DNA from: Tubiluchus corallicola
Lineage: Eukaryota; Animalia; Priapulida
Assembly (NCBI GenBank): GCA_030141605.1
Contig: JAQGDQ010001596.1
Coordinates: forward strand, 1 to 33,109
Length of the DNA: 33,109 bases
Reading direction: 5' to 3'
Shown here: one piece after another, positions 23,652 through 33,109 of the stretch
Layout of the letters: each line of letters begins with the position of its first letter
How positions within the stretch are numbered: the stretch's first letter is position 1
Translations under genes and position numbers: made by a program
Notes under the pieces: generated by a model
Database searches by the model: none
What the model was told of the DNA's origin: nothing
What the model saw: the letters and a program-made list of their open reading frames with translations, nothing else

Positions 23652-24142
23652 GTGCAGGCTACGCACTGAAAAACATAATCTTGAGAAAATCACTGTTAAA
23701 GTCAGCCATTGTATTTGTGGCATTTGTACAAAAACACTCAGCAACCGCACAAGTGTTGGTTGCTACAGACTTTGCAAGAACACATTGAAGTTATGTTTAA
23801 ATCCAGTAGATGGCTCTTCCTGACGAAGATCTGGGCTTGTCAACAGAAAAAGCCTGTAGCAAAATGACTTTTTCCATGAGCTACTATCAGAGTTTGAAAA
23901 TACAGTTTCTTTACAATTGCAGTACCTGTTTCTAGCCAGAAAAGTGTAGATCTTTAGTTTTTTTGAACATTTTCTTGATAATTTGGTGCTAGAATATAAA
24001 ACTCCAATATATTTAGCGTTTATTTTTTATAAAAAAAACAAAAAATTGACGTTAGATCAAATTTTTGGTGCATTCTATTTTGAAGCATGGTAACGTAGTT
24101 TTAACTATGCCAACTTGTGAATGATTGTGGTTTGCAAACACA
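23652..24142 (+). mobile_element. Family U element, left-truncated
   Basis: Colinear with about 9266-9741. Confidence 0.85.
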
Positions 24143-24197
24143 CAATTAGAATTTGAAAATCAGCATGCTTTACTAACAAGCTTTGTGTAATTACCAG

Positions 24198-24335
24198 ACA
24201 TTGACGAGTGTGTGGAAGGAACGGATAGATGTCATAAACAAACTACTGACTGCAGGAACACGGACGGGAGCTACGCTTGCGATTGCAAGGGTTCCGGATC
24301 CGGAATGGAGAGGTTAAACCCGAGGCGCTGTAGAG
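24198..24335 (+). CDS. Exon 11, cbEGF type B: DIDECVEGTDRCHKQTTDCRNTDGSYACDCKGSGSGMERLNPRRCR
   Basis: ttaccag / gtgggc, 138 nt. Confidence 0.92.
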
Positions 24336-24383
24336 GTGGGCAATGTAGTTACATTTGTGGAAAGGAATATTTTCACAGCTTGA

Positions 24384-25255
24384 CTACTTCCGGACCATAA
24401 GCATTTGCTGCATTTTGCATAGGTTCATGAAAAACTGTCTAACTAAGCAGCAATTACGTTATATTTCATAATTTTCCTACGTTTTTCTATGCCTCAGACA
24501 ATTGATTTTCATTCAAAGCTGCATCTGCTTGCCTTAACAAAATTAAAAATCGTTTTTTGACGAAAGAATTAAAAAAAGCTTTCAGTAACTGCAGTGTTTG
24601 CACTGGAAGTACAGTATTATTTGTCTGAAATCGGCTAATGCAGAAATTTCAACTATCCAGACACAACACTCTGATACACTTTGGCCTCAGGTCTTCTCAA
24701 TTTTTAAGGAGAAATTCCTGTTAAAAGATGAAACAACCCTAATTTGTCTTTGGCTGATCGGTTGGTTTTTCCTGGAATAGCAGCAGAACACTGTACAGCT
24801 TGGGCTGTAGCAAATAGGTGATCAATAAATTAATGTGTATGATCATGTAAGTGTACACAGATAAAACTACTCAATAGGCTGAGTTGGAGTGCCCAAAAAG
24901 GGCGCGTTTTTCTTAATTTTATCCTATTAAGTCAGTTATAAATGCTTAAGCAAATATCATGATTGGATAGCCAAGATTCCCGTGAATAGAACAGTACCTA
25001 TTTTGTAATCATTTACCATATATACGTGTCTACAAGAAGACCTTATGTACAAGTCGATGTGCATTTTAAGATTGCATCATTTTATACATTACATGTGTAC
25101 AAGTCGACCATAAAATATTAAGATCTTCCAGAGGAAATGATGTCAACAATGGCCGAGTAATAAATCAATAGCCTATTGTGTTAGTGTGTAAGTGCCAGGG
25201 CCGAGTATATTATACCTACCCAATGTTTTATATATATACATATATATTATAAATA

Positions 25256-25296
<41 letters not shown>

Positions 25297-25937
25297 TCGT
25301 GTTGAGGGCCCTCAATGCAATCCATGATAATGCAGCCTGACCTTTCATCGCGCATATTTGTTTGTAAATTAAATCTTGTTGTTCATCACCTTCCCATTTG
25401 AAGAAAAAAATAATTTACTAAAATTAGTGCCACTGCGTAGTTGTGTTTTATGTACGCGTGTATGCTGGTAATTGATATTTTGCAATAAAACACTCATATA
25501 CAAGACCAGTGTAAAACTTCCCACAGAAGCCGGCAGGCGGCAGCACCTGCACAACATTGGCGATTTCCGTGTTCTGATCTAATGCTCCGTCGCTACTTTA
25601 TTTACCGGTCATATATAAATTTTAACTTAATTTCACATACATTAAAATAAATTACAGTAATATTTGTTAATTTTGTGAGGTAATGTCAAGATGCGAACAT
25701 TCTCTGATGTGAAGCATCACACTATGAGTGTTCATTCAGTCCAGCATATAATGAAGGATTATTTCTTTACACATTCGTATTATAGACGACTCTTTAGCGA
25801 CATCTCCCAAATACATATCGTAAGTACAAGTCGACCCCAAAAATTTCACTTCAAAATCACTTCCCAAAAATTCGACTTTTACATAAGTATATAGAGTAAT
25901 TATGTCTGTGTTCATACAGTAGCAGAAAAGTCATAGG
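24384..25937 (+). mobile_element. Family V copy hosting a nested family W element
   Basis: The flanks of 25016-25896 rejoin to match the reverse complement of about 16596-16700. Confidence 0.8.
25016..25896 (+). mobile_element. Tc1/mariner-superfamily non-autonomous element (family W), with an internal (GT)n/(AT)n tract
   Basis: TA-ccatatatac ... gtatatagag-TA, subterminal aagtcga repeats; single TA at the empty site near 16636. Confidence 0.82.
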
Positions 25938-27108
25938 CGCACACATTTCGCACAAGCTAAATCTCCAGTTCTGTTGCTCCAGTAATGACTTTAATTATGT
26001 GAAATTTTGCTGTTATGTTCAGTACGAAGATCTCTTAAATTCTCCTAACATTATGAAACCTAAGCTTTTGTACTACCGTAATCACTACCACATTCAAAAA
26101 ACTAGCATGGAGAATAATAGCAATTACTGTTTTTCATTTGTGGATATCAGTAACTAGTAAGATTACTACTCCTGTGTTAATAATGCTTTTTAAGAATAAG
26201 TTTTTAGTTGTATGTTCAGCAGTGCAAGTTACGTTAGTTTCTGTAAAACTTGTATGTCTTTAGCCAGCATTTTAGTGAATAGAATAGGTACGGAAAAAAC
26301 GTAAAGTATCATAATCACTAGTTATGAACTTTCACTGCTACTGAGTGTGTGGATTACACTAGTAAATATAAATATATCAGGTAATTTTACGGCATCTTAT
26401 GTATAGATTGCAAAAACTATATAGGCAGCTATTGAGTAGTTTTTTATTAATGAAAACCAATGTAAAAATTGGTCCTTGAAATGCAATAACCAAAGTGGTT
26501 ATGCTAGATGCGAGCACATGTCTTTAGGTTGTACTGAAGTGTATCGCTAAGCAGCGGCCGACCAGCAAGTGGCACCTGGCAATTGTTAGTATATGTAGTT
26601 TATACTAGAGAGAAAAGAATTATTTAATAAATGTGAAAAAGGAAAAGTAAGGTAGGTCAGTAAGAACAGGACAGCGCTAAAAACAGTTTGGAGAAAGAGG
26701 GTCATGGGAGTAGGTTTTACACATAGTTTTAGTTTTTTGAGAGGTGATTATATTTTCATTTTTGCAGAAGTGTAATTAGTAATTATAAAATGGTTTGTGT
26801 TAATGGAAAGAAATTTTGCATACGTATAGTTATAATATTTTGCAAGGAATATGTTGTGAAAGGAGTAAGGAATACAAAACGACAAATACAAATACAGGTT
26901 TTTGGAGTCCTCAGGAGGAGACTTGAGAGTCGAATTTCGGCTGCTAAAGTTCACGTACTTTCCAGGTGTTTGTTAGTTATAGGAAGTATTTAGTTATTTC
27001 AACCATTTCATTTAATACTTCTGTAATTTATTTGCAAATAGAATCATTGTTTATATGTAACTATTTGTATATATTTACAAAATAAAGAATTATCATCATT
27101 ATGTTTAG

Positions 27109-27213
27109 ATATAAACGAGTGTTTCACGGAAGAAGCAAATTGTCATCCGGATGCTGATTGCCATAACACTATTGGCAGTTTTACCTGCGCTTGCGATCAG
27201 GTCGGATTCGCAG
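27109..27213 (+). CDS. Exon 12, first five Cys of a type A cbEGF: DINECFTEEANCHPDADCHNTIGSFTCACDQVGFA
   Basis: gtttag / gtaagc, 105 nt; read-through hits TGA three codons later; exon 13 completes the module. Confidence 0.93.
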
Positions 27214-27501
27214 GTAAGCTTTGACTCCGTAGTTGCTCGTTTACTAATCGTTAATCATAGAGTTGTTTTGTTTTCTTGTTTTTCCAAAGCCGTGTGGTTA
27301 AACGGGACTAGTTCATTAACAGCGGGTGTCGTAGAAAAAGGCAGGAATCGGAAATAGCTAATGTTTTGTCTATGCGTTTTGTTTTCTTCAAAGCGCCAGT
27401 GTTACTCTCAACATTATAGACTTATGATTATATTTTCTCGGAATTATTTGTAATTTTAGTTTTCAAAAAGTTTTCAAAAATACATCTATATTATTTCTTA
27501 A

Positions 27502-28130
27502 CCCTTATAGGGTCACCTCCACCTTATTACCCCCAGACCGATGTTTTGCATTTTACCCTTTTACCATATGCATCCCAGTAAACCTTTTCTATGACTTTTT
27601 CTAAATATGTTTTGTGCACAAAATACTTTCAGTTATTTATTTTCGGCGCATTGTCTCACCATGAAATAAAAGTGAAAATGTAATATGTCGATTTTCTAAA
27701 ATTGTCGAAACTTTACTTCGCTTGTCTATACATTATACGGACGATGTATCTGATAAAACAAAATGTCATGCTGACGTAGAACTAGTCTACTCACAACTAC
27801 AAAGACAATCAGATCATAAACTCAGTCACTCAACATCTTCAGATGTGGCAAATGGGCAAGCAATGCAAGAATACGCGCTAGCAATGTCGGTTGTCTACAG
27901 TTATTCCAGCATAGATAAGGGAACGTAACTAAGTGAATTTAAATTTCGTATTCCTAGTAAGTGACATGTCTTTAAGCAAAGGTATAATGTATCCTATGGT
28001 GGTCAGCATCACGACAAATTATGCTGTTGCTGTTTACTAATGAAACACGGCGGTTTATGAAAAGTAATTTAAGAATTATAATAACCCTGGTTACCAAAAT
28101 TGGTGGTAAAAAATTGTGACCCTACAAGGG
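27502..28130. mobile_element. piggyBac-like MITE
   Basis: TTAA-cccttatagggtcac ... gtgaccctacaaggg-TTAA, TIRs match 14/15. Confidence 0.9.
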
Positions 28131-28290
28131 TTAAAATCAAATTTGGTTAAATGAAGTGAAAATGGTTAAAAATGAACAGCATTTGAATCTAGATTCTTGG
28201 TGGTTACAAATACAACACATATAAGCAGTAGATGTGCAAGAACATCACTTACCATTAATTCAAACCTCTTTATTGCTTTGTGTGATTTAG

Positions 28291-28443
28291 GCGATGGTAT
28301 TGAAACGTGTAGCGACGTTAACGAATGTCTCCTGGACTCGAACACTTGCGACTTTGTCTCCGAGATTTGTCACAACACGGAGGGCAGCTACTTCTGCTCG
28401 TGTGCGGAGAATCACATTCAGTTGGAGGATGGAAGTTGCAGTG
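28291..28443 (+). CDS. Exon 13, GDGIETCS plus cbEGF type B DVNECLLDSNTCDFVSEICHNTEGSYFCSCAENHIQLEDGSCS
   Basis: atttag / gtacgt, 153 nt. Confidence 0.93.
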
Positions 28444-28452
28444 GTACGTGGT

Positions 28453-28690
28453 TTAGATTAGATTAGATTACATTACATTACATTACATTACATAACATTA
28501 CATTACATTACATTACATTACATTACATTACATTACATTACATTACATAACATTACATTACATTACATTACATTACATTACATTACATTACATTACATTA
28601 CATTACTTTAGATTAGATTAGATTAGATTAGATTAGACTAGACTAGACTAGACTAGACTAGACTAGACTAGACTAGACTAGATTAGATTA
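28453..28690. repeat. Compound pentanucleotide microsatellite (TTAGA)n(TTACA)n(TTAGA)n(CTAGA)n(TTAGA)n
   Basis: Read directly; starts 9 nt after the exon 13 donor junction. Confidence 0.97.
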
Positions 28691-28740
28691 AATAATTTAT
28701 TTCAGCATAAAGTCATACAAAAGCATGAAAAAATAAAATA

Positions 28741-30202
28741 TAGTAAGTCCTCGCTTAACGATGTTTCGTTTTAACGACGCTGAACACTTGACATCTTTTT
28801 CTCACTTAACGACTCACGTTTCATTTAAACGACAATTTTTTACTTTGCTGAATGCCATTTCTATTTTATCAACAACTTTTTAACCTAATTTGAAGTATTA
28901 AAACGGTACATATTGCATTGTTCTGTTCTAAAAATGCATTCGGTTCTAACCTAAACAGTGCAATTATTCTAATGCTTTTCCTTCCCGAGTGACCACGTAC
29001 TAAATTCTAGCCATTTGTATCAAGCGAGATCTATTCGCCGCTTCCAGACACGCAATGAACTATGAATTTATTTTCACACATCAAAATACAATATCAAACA
29101 CATTAATAAACTTTAAATAAAATGATTTGAGTAGTGTGAGGTGAGTGTACGACCATACGGTCATTAACACACTCACCTTACTTAAATGAAAAAATGATTA
29201 TAGTTATGCATGCTTCTGTAGATAACTTAATGTAAATAAGGATAAAGTAAATCATGTAATAATTTGAGTAGTGCGAGGTGAGTGTACGACCATACGGTCA
29301 TTAACACACTCACTTTACTTAAATGAAAAAATGATTATAATTGTGCATGCTTCTGTAGATAACTTAATGTAAATGAGGATGAAGTAAATGATGTAATAAT
29401 TTGAGTAGTGCGAGGTGAGTGTACGACCATACGGTCATTAACACACTCACCTTACTTAAATGAAAAAATGATTATAGTTATGCATGCTTCTGTAGATAAC
29501 TTAATGTAAATAAGGATGAAGTAAATGATGTAATAATTTGAGTAGTGCGAGGTGAGTGTACGACCATACGTTCATTAACACACTCACCTTACTTAAATGA
29601 AAAAATGATTAAAGTTATGCATGCCTTTGTAGATGACTTAATGTAATTGATGTAATAGAGTAAATGATGTAATAATAGCAAGGAAACATAAGGAAAACAC
29701 TAATAAAGGAAAACATAATATGTAATTACGATTTTGATATAGGCTGCGATGAATGAGTAATTTCATTTAAATTGATTTATACCTTTTACTAATAAAGTAA
29801 CAAATTTTAAACTTCCCAAGTTTAAACTTTATGCCATGGAATTTCGTCTGCAACTTGTTTGTATAACAACCCAATTACTACTAGCTGAAATTGTCTCAAG
29901 GTCATTTCATGGACTTGGCTTCACTGCGCAGTGTTTTGCTGCTAACTGTCTAAATACGGGCTTCAATAGACCGCTAGCAATTCTAGCTGGTTATTGGTAA
30001 GAAAGACAGATGGTTTCAAGCAAACAGAAAGAAAGTAATCAGTAGAAATATGAATAAAACACATAAAACATTTGATGCGTATGACGTATCTCAGTTCTTT
30101 TACATTACTTTCTATGGAAGTCTTGGTTTCGTTTAACGACGTTTCGCTTTACACTGCATTTTACTGGAACGCATTAGCGTCGTTAAAAATAAGAATTTGC
30201 TG
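28741..30202. mobile_element. Degenerate Tigger/pogo-like non-autonomous element
   Basis: TA-tagtaagtcctcgcttaacga ... tcgttaaaaataagaatttgctg-TA; subterminal ttaacgac repeats at both ends. Confidence 0.7.
29126..29673. repeat. 137-bp minisatellite, 4 copies, each with an internal hairpin
   Basis: tttgagtagtg at 29126, 29263, 29400, 29537. Confidence 0.95.
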
Positions 30203-30521
30203 TACATTAAAATACACACTACAGTAATGTACTACAATAAAATACTGCAAAAAAGCTACACAAAAAATACTAATGTACAATACGCACAGTAAATAAACGT
30301 TCGTATCTACCAGCTAATGAGATAACGAGATGTCATGTATGTATGATTCATACAGAGTTGACGGTACTTAGGAGATGTTTATTGTTCACAAGTTCTAGTA
30401 ATCATTTTTTCAATACTGTAACAATCTTTCCTGCAAAGGTGTGAAAAATGTGGCATAGTTAGATTTGCACACACGCCAGACGCAGTACAATCACATGGTA
30501 ATTTAAAACAGCTTCCAGATA

Positions 30522-30985
30522 CAGTGTTCCCTCGCTACTTCGCGGCTCGTTTATCGCCGACTCGCTGTTTCGCGGCTTTTCAAAAATATTAATGTAAAAT
30601 ATTTATCGCGATATTTTTGCTGTTTTGTCGCGGGTTTTTGCGGTACTCCATCTAAACTATTTTTGCACACGCGTAGTACGTATTGTACGGTAATGTATAG
30701 ATTTGATGAATTTTGCATAAAATATTTTAAATGATAAAGATTTCCATTTACAGTAAATAGTGCATTTATTCGGCGGATGAATACACACCAAAAACGAAAT
30801 GTAGTATGTGCGCCCGCTTGAGATGCTTGCCGACGCGAGATTGTACACGACACACGATTGGTTGATTGATGGAATGTAAAATAATGTACAACTACTAAAA
30901 TAAGTATAGCATCCCTACTTTGCGGAAATTCATTTATCGTGGGTGGGCCTGGAACGGAACACCCGCGATGAGTGAGGGAACACTG
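30522..30985. mobile_element. Tigger/pogo-like MITE (family T), second copy
   Basis: TA-cagtgttccctcgct ... agtgagggaacactg-TA. Confidence 0.92.
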
Positions 30986-31269
30986 TACCATTGTTTTACG
31001 TAAAACGTATTTTATTAAAAATGATGCTGTCGGTTTTTGTCTATGGTGACATACAATAACAATTACAACAATGACTCTTAAAAAGATGTAATTTAACATC
31101 AAGAGAACAAAACGAACATTTTTCTAATTAATGAGTTAATAAGTGCATAGAATAGGTGAGTTTTATTTTTAATATCCTCATTAATAGATAAACTGCCAAC
31201 ATTTGTTTTGCTTTAGCAAATATAAATTCATTTACTCTTGTATTTATTTGGTAGTTCTGTCGTAATACA

Positions 31270-31531
31270 TTTACTTCTTTACCCAATTATTCATTTGTTT
31301 GCTCGTCCATCTGTCTGTCTGTCATTTCATTCGTTTCTTCATCTCACACAGTAACATATGAACTTTGATTCCGGTTTTTCAGACATTGACGCAATGTGTC
31401 GCAATGTGTTTACTTCTGTACTCACTTATTCGTTTGTTTGCTCGTCCATCTGTCTGTCTGTCATTTCGTTTGTTTCTTTCACATCACACGGTAACATACG
31501 AACTTTGATTCTGGTTTTTCAGACATTGACG
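31270..31531 (+). repeat. Tandem duplication of the intron 13 3' end, including the acceptor and first 9 exon bases
   Basis: 31270-31391 versus 31409-31531; both end ggtttttcagacattgacg. Confidence 0.92.
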
Positions 31532-31741
31532 AGTGCTTTGAAAAGATCCATAACTGCGACTTCCCGCGAGCGTTCTGCTTCAACGTTCCCGGTTCGTTCC
31601 TGTGCCAGTGCATCACTCCCTACTATGAGGGAACGGGAACGGAATGTAGGGACATCAACGAATGTGAACGTGGAACGCATCGCTGTGACGAAGGGCAAAC
31701 GTGCGTGAATTTGGAGTTTGCTCCCGGATTCGAATGCTTAG
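31523..31741 (+). CDS. Exon 14, cbEGF type C DIDECFEKIHNCDFPRAFCFNVPGSFLCQCITPYYEGTGTECR plus 4-Cys module DINECERGTHRCDEGQTCVNLEFAPGFECL
   Basis: tttttcag / gtaagc, 219 nt; translated by hand. Confidence 0.93.
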
Positions 31742-31748
31742 GTAAGCA

Positions 31749-32609
<861 letters not shown>

Positions 32610-32882
32610 AACTTGTGAGTTTACGAAACTTTTTTCTTTTAGAAATGTCCTTGAAGTTTGTTCAAACAGGTTCCCATTGTGTATTCAATCAAAATTTGTA
32701 ATAAACATAAGCAAGTTTTGATATGATTTTAATTCAAGACAAACATATGAAAGAAAGACCAGCAAGGCTTTTCAGAAAGAAACGATTCTCTCATTTTATC
32801 GCATGAACCCTGTGCATGTTGACAGACAGTTTAGTATCCTATCTACTTAGCTAAAGCTCACAGGTGTTGTTTGTTTATACAG

Positions 32883-33011
32883 ATAGCAACGAATGCTTCA
32901 ACCACGACCACGACTGTGATCCAGTATCAACTCAGTGCTTTAATGCAGAGAGCAGTTTTGTGTGCGTTTGTCGAGACGGTTTTACGACACACAACGCGAC
33001 CAGCTGTAGTG
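32883..33011 (+). CDS. Exon 15, cbEGF type B: DSNECFNHDHDCDPVSTQCFNAESSFVCVCRDGFTTHNATSCS
   Basis: tatacag / gtgagt, 129 nt. Confidence 0.95.
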
Positions 33012-33109
33012 GTGAGTTTATTCATTACGTAGCTTCTTTTTTCCACGTATATTTATAGTTCATTTGTTACACAACATTCAGTGATAAAGCCTACTCCTAT
33101 TATTGGATG

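Larger units (their letters stand above)
28453..31240 (-). mobile_element. Old non-LTR retrotransposon 3' part broken into three pieces (28453-28740, 30203-30521, 30986-31240)
   Basis: Minus strand reads EDIKNKTHLFYALINSLIR..CSFCSLDVKLHLFKSHCCNCYC...NKIRFT*NNG, then after removing the MITE IWKLF..LPCDCTASGVC...HLCRK. This resembles the LFKSYC/AYNN/CSAS RT C-terminus; AATAAA precedes the pentamer tail. Clade uncertain. Confidence 0.65.

Overview
This is AT-rich eukaryotic (animal, probably invertebrate) genomic DNA, not prokaryotic. The window lies inside one large plus-strand gene: 15 GT-AG exons (4068-33011), all phase 1-1, splice into one open frame of 2112 nt (704 aa). They encode 17 tandem calcium-binding EGF-like modules (15 with six Cys, 2 truncated to four Cys) arranged as a higher-order (AB)nCD repeat; neither start nor stop is in the window. 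The introns are a dense mosaic of tRNA-derived SINEs, decayed non-LTR retrotransposons, and TA- or TTAA-targeting non-autonomous DNA transposons, several nested with empty sites visible elsewhere in the window. They also hold long hairpins, minisatellites and microsatellites. The most notable features are a 2.9-kb 66-bp satellite matching the end of a Tigger/pogo-like element, a 630-bp inverted duplication around exon 1, a young and highly structured 239-bp retroposed insert, 4-Cys EGF modules, a displaced intron and a duplicated splice acceptor. The long ORFs in the track are repeat artefacts. All alignments were done by eye, so element boundaries are approximate unless a TSD is given.
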